Translations under genes and position numbers: made by a program
Part shown: one piece after another, positions 49,281-59,292 of the stretch
How the letters are laid out: every line of letters begins with the position of its first letter
How positions within the stretch are numbered: position 1 is the stretch's first letter
Notes under the pieces: model-generated
The model's input: the letters and a program-made list of their open reading frames with translations, nothing else
What the model was told of the DNA's origin: nothing
Databases searched by the model: none
Assembly (NCBI GenBank): GCA_963752565.1
Contig: CAVVZC010000003.1
Coordinates: 542,560 to 606,559, forward strand
Direction: 5' to 3'
From: an uncultured delta proteobacterium
GTDB taxonomy: Bacteria > Desulfobacterota > Desulfobacteria > Desulfobacterales > UBA11574
DNA length: 64,000 bases

Positions 49281-50047
49281 TGTCCGATAGGGTCAATCTA
49301 GATAACATCAGCATTGTGCTTCTGCAGCCCCGGTATCCTGAAAATATCGGGGCTGCTGCTCGCGCTATGCGCAATATGGGCATCCGTCAGCTTGTGATCG
49401 TTGATCCTCAAAACTTTGATCTGTCTAAAGCGCTCAAGCTGGCCACCCATTTTGCTTCGGATATTATCGAAAAAAGCAAATTCTATCCGGATTTGAAAGA
49501 AGCACTCTCCTCGTTTAATTATGTTGTGGGGACAACGGCTCGGCTTGGGGGACAGCGGCAGGTTGTCCGAACGCCGTTGACACTTGCTCGAAAATTAATT
49601 CCAATTTCTGTAAAGAATCGCATTGCCATACTCTTTGGCCCCGAGGACAAAGGACTTTCCAATGAGGACATCCGGTACTGTCATACCCTCGTCAATATCC
49701 CCACAACTAAATTTTCTTCTTTGAATCTGGCCCAGTCGGTAATGATTCTGTGCTATGAGATCTTCATCGCCGGTGGTGCGGAGAATGAAGAATTTACGCC
49801 TCGAATGGCCAGCAGGCATGAGCTTGACGGGATGTATGATCAACTCAAAGATATCCTGGTTAGAATCAGCTATATTAATTCTGAAAATCCGGATTACTGG
49901 TTGAATCATTTCCGCCGTTTCTTCACCCGTCTGCAACTCAGAGCGAAAGAGGTCAATATTATCCGGGGACTGTGCCGACAGGTGGACTGGTATGGAAAGA
50001 AGTGCTATAAGGACGGAAAGAAAAGTATCCGGGATCAGGAGTCTTGA
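49280..50047 (+). CDS. trmJ: SpoU/TrmH-family RNA 2'-O-methyltransferase (TrmJ-like)
   Basis: 255 aa. VLLQPRYPENIGAAARAMRNMG, ILFGPEDKGLSNED, NLAQSVMILCYE. TGATG overlap with ndk. Confidence 0.75.
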   Translation: MSDRVNLDNISIVLLQPRYPENIGAAARAMRNMGIRQLVIVDPQNFDLSKALKLATHFASDIIEKSKFYPDLKEALSSFNYVVGTTARLGGQRQVVRTPLTLARKLIPISVKNRIAILFGPEDKGLSNEDIRYCHTLVNIPTTKFSSLNLAQSVMILCYEIFIAGGAENEEFTPRMASRHELDGMYDQLKDILVRISYINSENPDYWLNHFRRFFTRLQLRAKEVNIIRGLCRQVDWYGKKCYKDGKKSIRDQES

Positions 50048-50050
50048 TTA

Positions 50051-50884
50051 ATGAAACTTGTTCGATTTGGTGAAAAAGGAAAGGAAAAACCAGGTCTGTG
50101 GAAAGATGGCAACATCGTTGATTTAAAAAAGATGTTTCCTGAGATTCCGGATATCGGGGAAGTGTTTTTTAGGGAAAACTGGCCAGAAAAGATCGCTGGA
50201 ATTAAAGATCCCGGCCAGACCCTCAAAGATCGAATCGGTTGCCCGATCCATGCCCCGTCTAAAATCATTTGCCTTGGGAAAAATTATGCCGAGCATGCCA
50301 AAGAAGGAGGATTTGAAAATCCGGAAAAGCCGCTGATATTCTGCAAAACACCCAATGCTTTAAATGGCCCTTTTGATCCCATCATTTTTCCCCAAAGCAG
50401 CGGACAGATTGACTGGGAGGTGGAACTGGCGATCATCATCGCAAAGGAGGGAAAAAGAATACGTAAAACAAAAGCATTGGATTATATCGCAGGTTTTACC
50501 GTCATGAATGATGTTTCCGGGCGAGAAGCCCAGTTTTCAGATTCCCAGTGGTTCAGGGGAAAATCCTTTGACGGCTTTGCACCTGTCGGCCCTGTCATTG
50601 TTACACCGGATGAGATCGGGGATGTGAACAATTTAAGACTCACCGCCAAGGTCGATGGTGAAATCATGCAAGATGGAAATACACGGGATATGATTTTCGA
50701 TGTTTCCACCATTATAGAAGATATCAGCGAGGATATCACCCTTATTCCCGGTGACATCATTTCAACCGGAACACCAGCCGGCGTGGGGATATTCAGGGAT
50801 CCGCCGGTGGTCTTGAAGCGGGGTAGCGTGGTTGAATGCTATATCGAAAACATCGGTACCATTGTCAATAAAGTAATAATGTAA
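50051..50884 (+). CDS. Fumarylacetoacetate hydrolase (FAH) family protein
   Basis: 277 aa. ICLGKNYAEHAKE, DWEVELAIIIAK, GFTVMNDVSGRE, GDIISTGTPAGVG. Confidence 0.85.
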   Translation: MKLVRFGEKGKEKPGLWKDGNIVDLKKMFPEIPDIGEVFFRENWPEKIAGIKDPGQTLKDRIGCPIHAPSKIICLGKNYAEHAKEGGFENPEKPLIFCKTPNALNGPFDPIIFPQSSGQIDWEVELAIIIAKEGKRIRKTKALDYIAGFTVMNDVSGREAQFSDSQWFRGKSFDGFAPVGPVIVTPDEIGDVNNLRLTAKVDGEIMQDGNTRDMIFDVSTIIEDISEDITLIPGDIISTGTPAGVGIFRDPPVVLKRGSVVECYIENIGTIVNKVIM

Positions 50885-51040
50885 CAGCTTACAGGCTTCA
50901 GGGAGACGTTCTTTTTTTGTAGATTTTCACAACCCGCTAATTTCTGACCCCTGATCCCCGACCCCTGTGAATTATCAGGCATTCCTTGCATGGCCCAAAA
51001 ACCCCAACAGAGCGGATGAAATGGACGTGTTACGAAACCG

Positions 51041-51565
51041 TCAATACTTGGCATCCGCGTACTCCACCCATCCGCCGGTCATGACCAGGGCACGGTCAAA
51101 ATCTGAAATTGAAAAAGATATTTTTTGATGGTGACCATCGGCTGTAATGATAACAGCATTGTTTTCAAAATCCATTTCAAGATGCGTTTCTTTGCCGGCA
51201 AATTCTTTAAAAATACCATCAATGGTCTGGCCGGGAAGTTCCACCGCCATCATTCCGCAGTTGAACATATTCTGTCTGAAAATCCTGGCAAAGTTTTCAG
51301 CAATAACCAGATGGATGTTGTTGGCTTCAAGTGCCCATGGTGCATGTTCTCTTGAAGAGCCACATCCAAAATTCGCCCGTGTAATAATGACACGTTTTCC
51401 TTTAAAATCACGTTGTGAGTTGAATCCCTCCAGTTTGATATCCTCCAATAGATAGGGTTTCAATGCCTGCTTGGAAATTTCCGTGAGGTATTTTGCAGGA
51501 ATGATTTCGTCTGTATTAATGTCAGACCGGTCAAGAAAGAGTACGTTTCCACTGAAATTTTTCAT
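51041..51565 (-). CDS. leuD: 3-isopropylmalate dehydratase-type small subunit (LeuD / homoaconitase small subunit family)
   Basis: 174 aa. NTDEIIPAKYL, RANFGCGSSREHAPWAL, directly downstream of the large subunit. Confidence 0.75.
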   Translation of the reverse strand: MKNFSGNVLFLDRSDINTDEIIPAKYLTEISKQALKPYLLEDIKLEGFNSQRDFKGKRVIITRANFGCGSSREHAPWALEANNIHLVIAENFARIFRQNMFNCGMMAVELPGQTIDGIFKEFAGKETHLEMDFENNAVIITADGHHQKISFSISDFDRALVMTGGWVEYADAKY

Positions 51566-51567
51566 GG

Positions 51568-52854
51568 TTACCCCTTGTATAATCCTGAATTTGTGATGAA
51601 ACCTGCAATGGATGTGGCTGCGGCTGTTGCAGGACTTACCAGGTGAACCATCCCGCCCTTTCCCATGCGGCCGTTAAAATTTCTGTTTGTCGTGGATGCA
51701 CAGACTTCGCCTTCTGCCAGAACGCCGTTGCTCATGCCCAGGCAAGCCCCGCAGGTCGGATTCGTGACACAAAATCCAGAATCCATAAATGTTTTTAGAA
51801 TACCTTCTTCCATTGCCTGACGAAAAGCATTGGGTGTTGCCGGGGATACAATGCCCCTTACCGAATTGCTGATCTTTTTTCCTTTGAGCACCTGTGCTGC
51901 AACCCTGAGGTCTTCGATTCTTCCATTGGTGCAGGAACCGATATAGACCTGGTCAACCTTGGTGGATGCCATCTCTTTTACAGGCTTGACCTGGTCGGGT
52001 TTATAACCAAATGTCACCATGGGTTCCAATCGACTCACATCATGTTCAATGACTTGATCGTATCGGGCGTTAGGATCTGAATGAAAATTTTTAAACGTTG
52101 CCAGAGCGGATTCTTTATCGGCATGGTCGTCTCGGATGAACTCCCAGAGATATTCGACGGTGGTCATATCGGGATTGCAAATACCCGAGGTTGCACCGGC
52201 TTCAACCGCCATATTGCAGAGCGTCATCCTTGATTCCATACTCATGGCATCGACGACCGGGCCGGTGAATTCCAAAATTTTATTGGTGGCGCCGTTAACC
52301 CCCAGACGGTGGATGATGAAAAGGATCACGTCTTTGGCAAAGACACCGTCGGGCAACCGGCCAGCAATGTCAATTTTTATGGTTGTCGGAGAACGGAAGG
52401 CACAGACACCCTTGAGAATTCCCACTTCAAGATCCGTTGTTCCAACGCCGGCGGCAAATGCGCCGAAGGCACCATGGGTGCAGGTATGAGAATCCCCCAT
52501 GATGACCGTGTAACCGGGGCGTACAAAACCCTTTTCCGGGAAAAGGGCATGGCAGATGCCATTTCTGCCAATATCGAAAAAATCCCGAATCTTGTGTCGC
52601 CTGGCCCACTCCCTCAGGATTTTACCCTGCATGGCGGTTTTCGAATCTTTTGCCGGTGAAACGTGATCAATGACAACCTTGATTTTATCGGGATCGAACA
52701 CTCTGTCCTTGCCTCGGCTGACAAGATCATTGACGGCGACCGGGGTTGTGATTTCATGACAGAATACCGCATCCAGCCGAATGACATGAATGTCTTTCTC
52801 AGGAGAATCAACCCTGTGGGCATCAAAAATTTTTTCAGCGATGGTTCTGTCCAT
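51568..52854 (-). CDS. leuC: 3-isopropylmalate dehydratase-type large subunit (LeuC / homoaconitase large subunit family)
   Basis: 428 aa. DAVFCHEIT, GDSHTCTHGAFGAFA, IGSCTNGR, NRNFNGRMG. Confidence 0.8.
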   Translation of the reverse strand: MDRTIAEKIFDAHRVDSPEKDIHVIRLDAVFCHEITTPVAVNDLVSRGKDRVFDPDKIKVVIDHVSPAKDSKTAMQGKILREWARRHKIRDFFDIGRNGICHALFPEKGFVRPGYTVIMGDSHTCTHGAFGAFAAGVGTTDLEVGILKGVCAFRSPTTIKIDIAGRLPDGVFAKDVILFIIHRLGVNGATNKILEFTGPVVDAMSMESRMTLCNMAVEAGATSGICNPDMTTVEYLWEFIRDDHADKESALATFKNFHSDPNARYDQVIEHDVSRLEPMVTFGYKPDQVKPVKEMASTKVDQVYIGSCTNGRIEDLRVAAQVLKGKKISNSVRGIVSPATPNAFRQAMEEGILKTFMDSGFCVTNPTCGACLGMSNGVLAEGEVCASTTNRNFNGRMGKGGMVHLVSPATAAATSIAGFITNSGLYKG

Positions 52855-52888
52855 AAATCCTCCTTAGTTTCCATTCATTGATCTTTCC

Positions 52889-52915
52889 TAACAAACTTTA
52901 GCTCACTCTTAACTT
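52889..52915. repeat. Partial third copy of the palindromic repeat family (right-arm motif only)
   Basis: aacaaactttagctcactcttaacttctaat shares aactttagctcact and the cttctaa tail with copy B. It sits between the leuC start and the lepA stop. Confidence 0.5.
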
Positions 52916-54712
52916 CTAATCGGTGTCTGATTTTAGAACCGAGAGAAACGCAGACTGTGGAATCATGACCTGTCCCACCATTTTCATCCGTTTTTTTCCT
53001 TTTCGTTGCTTTTCCAAAAGTTTTCGTTTTCGTGTGACGTCGCCGCCATAGCATTTTGCAGTAACATCCTTTCTAAAGGGTGAAATTGTCTTTCGGGCAA
53101 TAATATTCCCGCCGATGGCCCCCTGAATGGCTATTTTAAACATCTGTCTTGGAATTTCCTCTCGGAGTCTTTCGCAGGCACGTCTCGCCCGCTCCACCGC
53201 CCGGTCTCGATGAACAAGCTGTGAAAGCGCATCAACACGCTCTCCGTTGATCAGTATGTCCAGCTTGACCAGGTCTATTTCTCTAAAATCGATGATATCG
53301 TAATCAAAGGATCCGTATCCCTGGGTCACCGATTTGAGCTTGTCATAAAAATCGTAAATCACCTCCGCCAGTGGAAGTTCAAATATCATTTCCAGGCGAT
53401 TATTGGTTAAATACTGATACGTTTTGTTAATTCCTCTATGATCCAGACATAGCTTCATGATGGCACCCATATATCGGTCTGGAATGATGATTCCCGCACG
53501 GATAAACGGCTCTTTTGAGCGTTCAATGGTTGTCGGATCCGGATACAATGCAGGATTGTCGATGATCTTTGAGGACCCGTCATTCATGATTAGCTTGTAC
53601 TGGACCGAAGGCGCCGTCAATATCAATGAAAGATTATATTCACGTTCGAGCCGTTCCTGTACAACCTCGAGGTGAAGGAGTCCTAAAAAACCGCAACGAA
53701 ATCCAAAACCCAAAGCCACAGACGTGTCTTTTTCATAAATAAGGGAAGCATCATTGAGTTTCAGTTTTTCCAGGCCTGCCGTCAGTTCTTCGTAACCGTC
53801 CGAGGCCACCGGATAGATCGAAGAAAACACCACCGGTTTTGTTTCCTTGAACCCCGACATGGGTGTTTTACAGGGATGGTTTTTTAATGTGATGGTGTCT
53901 CCGCAACGGGTATCGCTGACGGTTTTTATTCCTGCAATAATATAGCCGACCTGACCTGCTGAAAGCTTATTTACAGGGGTGCGCTCGAGTTGAAAAATCC
54001 CGATTTCCTCAACCTTATAGACGGCGTTATTCGACATAAATGTAATCATATCTTTGGGCTTTACGCTGCCCTGGAAAACCCGGATATGAACGATTGTTCC
54101 CCGGAAAGGATCATAGTGGGAATCAAAAATCAATGCTTTGAGTGGTAATTCTGGATCACCGGATGGCGGGGGGAGACAATTCACAATCCCTTCCAGCACC
54201 TCTTCAATCCCGATCCCTTCCTTTGCGGATGTCAGTATCGCTGTTTCAGGATCAAGGCCCAAGTCGTTTTTGATCTGTTGTTTGACCCGATCAATATCGG
54301 CTGAAGGAAGATCAATTTTGTTAATTACCGGAATGATTTCAAGATCGTGTTCAAGAGCCAGGTACAGGTTCGCAAGAGTTTGGGCTTCGACACCCTGACT
54401 GGCATCGACGAGGAGCAAAGCGCCCTCGCAAGAGGCCAGCGCCCGTGACACTTCATATGTAAAATCCACATGGCCGGGCGTGTCTATCAGATTTAAAGAG
54501 TAGGATTGATTGTTTTCGGCCGTATACGGCAGACAGATGGTCTGGCTTTTTATGGTGATACCCCGTTCCCGTTCAATGTCCATGTTGTCCAATATCTGAT
54601 CTTTAAAATCACGATCAAGGACAACATCGGTCATCTGGATCAGGCGGTCGGAAAGCGTCGATTTGCCATGATCAATATGAGCTACAATGCTGAAATTTCT
54701 TATATTTTTCAT
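52916..54712 (-). CDS. lepA: Translation elongation factor 4
   Basis: I prefer the internal ATG giving MKNIRNFSIVAHIDHGKSTL. DTPGHVDF, NKIDL, and the conserved LepA C-terminal domain (...GGDVTRKRKLLEKQ). Confidence 0.9.
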   Translation of the reverse strand: MKNIRNFSIVAHIDHGKSTLSDRLIQMTDVVLDRDFKDQILDNMDIERERGITIKSQTICLPYTAENNQSYSLNLIDTPGHVDFTYEVSRALASCEGALLLVDASQGVEAQTLANLYLALEHDLEIIPVINKIDLPSADIDRVKQQIKNDLGLDPETAILTSAKEGIGIEEVLEGIVNCLPPPSGDPELPLKALIFDSHYDPFRGTIVHIRVFQGSVKPKDMITFMSNNAVYKVEEIGIFQLERTPVNKLSAGQVGYIIAGIKTVSDTRCGDTITLKNHPCKTPMSGFKETKPVVFSSIYPVASDGYEELTAGLEKLKLNDASLIYEKDTSVALGFGFRCGFLGLLHLEVVQERLEREYNLSLILTAPSVQYKLIMNDGSSKIIDNPALYPDPTTIERSKEPFIRAGIIIPDRYMGAIMKLCLDHRGINKTYQYLTNNRLEMIFELPLAEVIYDFYDKLKSVTQGYGSFDYDIIDFREIDLVKLDILINGERVDALSQLVHRDRAVERARRACERLREEIPRQMFKIAIQGAIGGNIIARKTISPFRKDVTAKCYGGDVTRKRKLLEKQRKGKKRMKMVGQVMIPQSAFLSVLKSDTD

Positions 54713-54934
54713 TTTAATTGTTAACGTATCTTTCTTCATCTGGCATCGGTCAAAAGCCTGTTGACACCATCTTTCTTTCAAGTTATGTTAAAAATTTCCA
54801 TAAATTTTCATATGTCCGCGGCGCTTTATCAAGGAGCAATTTTTTATCAAAATGATATTAAATATGTCAAGCCTCACACCAAAAGTGCCGATATATTTCT
54901 TTGAATGAAAAAGAATAGGATGAGATAGATAGCT

Positions 54935-55846
54935 ATGGGCGAACACATTTTAATCGTTGAAGATGATGATGCCATTAGAAGCTCCCTGCATGAATGCTTA
55001 ACAAAATCAGACTACAAAGTCTTCTCCGCTCCCAGTGCGGAAGAGGCGTTTGAAATAATAAAATCAGGCACTATTCAAATTGTCATAACCGATATTTTGC
55101 TTCCCGGCAAGAATGGTCTTCAACTTACATCTCAAATCAAACAAAATTACGATATCGATGTCATTGTAATGACGGGTTACAGTGAGGATTATTCTTATGA
55201 AGAAGCAATCCATAAGGGTGCCAGCGATCTTGTTTTCAAACCGTTTCGTTTTGAGGAACTGATCCTGAGATTGAAAAGAGTCTTAAAAGAAAGACGACTC
55301 ACCAAGGAACGCAACCGCATTCTCAGCAAGCTTGAAAATCTTGCAATAACAGATGGCCTCACCAAATTATACAATTTAAGACATTTTTATCATTTGCTGG
55401 AAATAGAGATTGATCGCTGTAGCCGGTATGGTCACAACCTTGCGCTTTTGCTTTTGGATATTGATAACTTTAAAATGTACAACGATACATACGGTCACCT
55501 TGAAGGCGACAAAGTTCTGGTTAGAATAGGACAGATTATCCATTCGTGTCTTAGAACAATGGATTCCGCTTTCAGATATGGCGGTGAAGAATTTACAGTT
55601 ATTCTTCCGGAGACCACCGCTGAAGAGGCCAATAATGTCGCCTACAGAATTAAAACCGCTGTGGAATTCGAAAACTTTTTTCCGGAACCCGAAAATGTCG
55701 TCACCGTAACCATCAGTATCGGCGTGACGGAATATTATAATAAAGAATCGCTGTCAGCATTTATAAAAAGAGCTGACCAGGCCATGTATCGTTCAAAAGA
55801 AAAAGGACGAAACGCAATCTCATCCCTGTTTGCTGAAAGTTCTTAA
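54935..55846 (+). CDS. Response regulator receiver + GGDEF diguanylate cyclase
   Basis: 303 aa. REC part: ILIVEDDD, ITDILLPG, VFKPF. GGDEF part: DGLTKLYN, RYGGEEF. Confidence 0.85.
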   Translation: MGEHILIVEDDDAIRSSLHECLTKSDYKVFSAPSAEEAFEIIKSGTIQIVITDILLPGKNGLQLTSQIKQNYDIDVIVMTGYSEDYSYEEAIHKGASDLVFKPFRFEELILRLKRVLKERRLTKERNRILSKLENLAITDGLTKLYNLRHFYHLLEIEIDRCSRYGHNLALLLLDIDNFKMYNDTYGHLEGDKVLVRIGQIIHSCLRTMDSAFRYGGEEFTVILPETTAEEANNVAYRIKTAVEFENFFPEPENVVTVTISIGVTEYYNKESLSAFIKRADQAMYRSKEKGRNAISSLFAESS

Positions 55847-55979
55847 CCCCGGACGTCTCACCATTTTTTGATTTTTCTTCAAGACAATGTGTATTCCCCT
55901 TAAGAATATTATTTGGAACAAAAATTTTCCGGCCGTGTTGTATTGCGTTGTGTTTGGGGTTTATCAGTTGTAATTTTGA

Positions 55980-56783
55980 CTATTTGCGTGTTTGACCCAC
56001 CGTAAATGTTGCAAAAAAAATGAGAGACGCCAATGTAACAATCGTTGCGCCGGACGGCAGGTCGGCATAATAAGAGATAATGAGGCCACCGCTGGTGGAT
56101 ATCAGTGCAATGAGTATTGAAAAGGCGATCATGGAATCATAACGGCGGGCTACCTGTGAAGCAGCCGCTCCAGGGATCACCAGGAGTGCGGAAACAAGGA
56201 TGATTCCGATAATTTTCATGCTGATCACCACGGATAGGGCAAGGATGGTCAGGAAAAAATGATCGAGAAAGGCCACCGGCATTCCACTGACAAAAGCAAC
56301 TTCCCGATCATAGGCAACAAACAGTAATTCCTTAAAAAACAGAACAGTTGAAAGAAGTACCAGCCCCCCAAGTACTGCAGTGATGATCAAATCCTGCCGG
56401 GTAATCGCCAGAATATTGCCGAAAAGATAACCAAAAAGATCCACGTTGTATTGATCCGACATGCCGATAAAAATAACGCCCATAGCCATTGCTAAAGGGA
56501 AAAATATGCCGATGGCGGTATCCGTGCCCAGGTGGCCCTTTTTGCCGATATAACCAATGGCATTGGATACGACCACGGCAAAACCGATGGCAGTAAGTGT
56601 TGGAGATATCCCCAAAAGCGCCCCCAGGGCTACACCGCCGAAAGCCGAGTGTGCCACACCGACGCCGATAAAGGACAAACGACGTAACACGACGAAAAAC
56701 GAAACCACTGCCAGAACGAAGCTGAGCATCATTCCCGCCCAAAAGGCATTTTGCATAAATTGAAGGCTGAACATATCAATCAT
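55980..56783 (-). CDS. znuB: Zinc/manganese ABC transporter permease (ZnuB-like)
   Basis: I prefer the ATG at 56781-56783, which overlaps the znuC stop (ATGATTGA). FMQNAFWAG and multi-TM hydrophobic sequence. Confidence 0.8.
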   Translation of the reverse strand: MIDMFSLQFMQNAFWAGMMLSFVLAVVSFFVVLRRLSFIGVGVAHSAFGGVALGALLGISPTLTAIGFAVVVSNAIGYIGKKGHLGTDTAIGIFFPLAMAMGVIFIGMSDQYNVDLFGYLFGNILAITRQDLIITAVLGGLVLLSTVLFFKELLFVAYDREVAFVSGMPVAFLDHFFLTILALSVVISMKIIGIILVSALLVIPGAAASQVARRYDSMIAFSILIALISTSGGLIISYYADLPSGATIVTLASLIFFATFTVGQTRK

Positions 56784-57588
56784 GGTCTTGATGCCTGTGA
56801 TAACAGGTTGCACATTTATCATCATGGACAATAACTTTAAGATCTTTTCCAAAAACCTTTTTTGTTATATCCGGCGAAAAACAGAAGTCCGGTTCGTCAT
56901 GATAGTGAAGCTCAACATTCAGGCACGCAACCTGGTCTGCGTGGGAAGTAATAACCCCGATATCGTGTGACACCATGATTACGGATATGCCTTGCTCATT
57001 TCTAAATTTTGCTAAAAGTTCATAGAAATCTTCCTGAGCTACGCTGTCGACACCGGTTGCCGGCTCATCAAGGACTAAAAGTTTCGGTTTTGAAGCCATT
57101 GCCCGTGCGATGTTGACCCGTTGCTGTTGTCCGCCTGAAAGCACGGCAAAGGGTCTTTTTGCATGGTCAGCCATGTTTATCTGTGAAAGCAGGTCCATGG
57201 CAATCTTTTTGCTATTACGGTCCGGTCTGTGGAAAAGGCCGATACGACTGTAAAGGCCCATGAGAACAACATCGAGGACGGTAACCGGAAAGGATTGGTT
57301 AGCATGGGAAATCTGGGGAAGATACCCGACCTCCAGCCGGCCTTGTTTGTCGGGTTGGCTTCCAAATAACCGAACAGAGCCTTTTTTGGGGTTCACAAGT
57401 CCAAGAATAACATTCAGCAAAGTGGTTTTGCCGCCGCCATTGGGACCGACGATACCGAATATTTCACCGGGATAGCAGTTAAAGTAAATGGATTTTAGAA
57501 TCCACTTGCCATCGTATGCCACCCATACATTATTTAACTCCACAATGGGTTCTTTATCATTTCTTGTATCTATGGCCGTATTTTTCAC
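56776..57588 (-). CDS. znuC: Zinc/manganese ABC transporter ATP-binding protein (ZnuC-like)
   Basis: 270 aa. GPNGGGKTT, LSGGQQQRVNIARAM, LVLDEPATGVD, His-rich tail. Confidence 0.85.
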   Translation of the reverse strand: MKNTAIDTRNDKEPIVELNNVWVAYDGKWILKSIYFNCYPGEIFGIVGPNGGGKTTLLNVILGLVNPKKGSVRLFGSQPDKQGRLEVGYLPQISHANQSFPVTVLDVVLMGLYSRIGLFHRPDRNSKKIAMDLLSQINMADHAKRPFAVLSGGQQQRVNIARAMASKPKLLVLDEPATGVDSVAQEDFYELLAKFRNEQGISVIMVSHDIGVITSHADQVACLNVELHYHDEPDFCFSPDITKKVFGKDLKVIVHDDKCATCYHRHQDHD

Positions 57589-58508
57589 TTCATGGCCTCC
57601 TTCAATATGTTTAGATTGTGTTTCATAAGATCCATGTAGGTGTTGCCGTATTTTTGTTTGGGATTTCCCATGGGATCGAGCAAAAGGACCTTGATTTCCG
57701 CTTCTCTGGCAATGACTTCCGCTGCCCGATAATTAAGCTGAGGTTCGGCGAATACGGCTCGAATATGATATTTGTTAATCATTGCTACGATATTTTTAAT
57801 CTGTATCGGTGTCGGATTTCGGCCCGGCGCCGCTTCAATGACGCCCAAGGATTCAAGGCCGTATCGTCTGGCAAAATAATCCCACGACGCATGAAAAGCG
57901 ATGTATTTTTTCATTTTAAAGTGAGAAACTGTTTCTTGAATCATCTGGTGGAGTTTGTCAAGCGCTTGTAAATAATCCAGGCTTCTTTGTTTATAATACG
58001 ATACGTTCTGCTGATCAACCTCACAAAGAGCATCTGTAATTTTATTGATCATCGATTTTGCAATGACAGGGTCGAGCCATATGTGTGGGTTGGCAATCAT
58101 CGGTTTGTTTTCTGAAACCGTGGTTTCCTTTTTATGATGGTTGTTTTCATGATCATGTTCGGTTGTTCCTATCAGATCAACGCCTTGAGATAAAACCACC
58201 GTCATTAATTCCGATCCAGCCAGCTTGACGAATTTGTCGGCCCAGAATTCCAGCCCGGCGCCGATCATAAAGAAAATGCGTGCAGAAGAAAATGTCCTTA
58301 CAAGACTTGGCTTGGGTTCAAAAGTATGGGGGCTTGCACCTGCCGGCAGAACAAAAGTAACATCAACATAATCACCGCCCACCTGCTGAACCATGTCGGC
58401 AATGGGGTAAATGCTGACAATCACCGGAAGTTTTTCCGACATGCATGCAGTAGCGTGAAGTTGGATAATTAAAAAGCACAGAATAAAAAAAAAGGTGCGA
58501 AGAGACAT
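57585..58508 (-). CDS. znuA: Zinc ABC transporter substrate-binding protein (ZnuA-like)
   Basis: I prefer the internal Met giving the signal peptide MSLRTFFFILCFLIIQLHATAC. His-rich loop TTEHDHENNHHKKE and PHIWLDP. The track ORF extends to 58568. Confidence 0.8.
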   Translation of the reverse strand: MSLRTFFFILCFLIIQLHATACMSEKLPVIVSIYPIADMVQQVGGDYVDVTFVLPAGASPHTFEPKPSLVRTFSSARIFFMIGAGLEFWADKFVKLAGSELMTVVLSQGVDLIGTTEHDHENNHHKKETTVSENKPMIANPHIWLDPVIAKSMINKITDALCEVDQQNVSYYKQRSLDYLQALDKLHQMIQETVSHFKMKKYIAFHASWDYFARRYGLESLGVIEAAPGRNPTPIQIKNIVAMINKYHIRAVFAEPQLNYRAAEVIAREAEIKVLLLDPMGNPKQKYGNTYMDLMKHNLNILKEAMK

Positions 58509-58770
58509 TCGAATTGCCTCAAAAAAAAATTGACAATGTGTTCGATAAATTTCATTCTGCAAAGTCATAAGTTCTATATTTCCTAATAGAGCACTCTAAT
58601 ATCTCATGAAGAACACAATATGTTTAAAAAATCATTTTCATAAAAGCAATTGTTAACCAAATAACCTTAAATTACGCAAATAGTCAAGAATGTTCAATCT
58701 TGTCAAAATTTCCTTGAAATTTCAGACTCATATTTTAATATAAAAATCATCCACCCAAAAGGAGGCGGGA

Positions 58771-59292
58771 ATGTCCCAAAAAGCATTGATCATCGTTGAT
58801 ATGTTAAACGACTTTGTGGATGAAAAGGGCGTGCTTTATTGTGGCGACACGGCGAGATCGATTATTCCCTTTATCCAAAAGAGGCTGACGAGTTATCGAA
58901 ATCGCAAGGATCTTGTTATATATCTTCAGGATTCACATGATGAAGATGACAAAGAGTTCGAAAAATTTCCAAAACATAGCGTTGCAGGAACCTGGGGTTG
59001 TGAGGTTATTCCTGAGCTTTCGCCTCAGGCCGGTGAAACGGTAATTCCAAAAAAACGATACAGTGGTTTTTACGGAACAGTTCTTGAAAATGTTCTAAAA
59101 ACCTCCGATGTGGATGAAATTGAGGTGGTGGGTGTCTGCACGTCGATTTGTGTGATGGATACTGTGGGCGGGCTGGCCAACCGGGACTATAAAATTGTTG
59201 TTCCCGTCAAAGGGGTTGCCGATTTTGATCCTGAGATGCACCAATTCAGTTTGAAACGGATGGAAAAGATATACGGAGCCGATGTCTCATGA
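58771..59292 (+). CDS. pncA: Isochorismatase-family hydrolase, probable nicotinamidase
   Basis: 173 aa. ALIIVDMLNDF, KKRYSGFYGT, VVGVCTSICVMDT. RBS aaaggagg. Translationally coupled to pncB (ATGA). Confidence 0.7.
   Translation: MSQKALIIVDMLNDFVDEKGVLYCGDTARSIIPFIQKRLTSYRNRKDLVIYLQDSHDEDDKEFEKFPKHSVAGTWGCEVIPELSPQAGETVIPKKRYSGFYGTVLENVLKTSDVDEIEVVGVCTSICVMDTVGGLANRDYKIVVPVKGVADFDPEMHQFSLKRMEKIYGADVS

Noticed and set aside
58509-58770. Zur/Fur-type operator in the znuA-pncA divergent region (for example aatcattttcat and aacacaatatgttt)
   Set aside because: Only weak, imperfect dyad symmetry. I cannot match either sequence to a defined Zur consensus with confidence.
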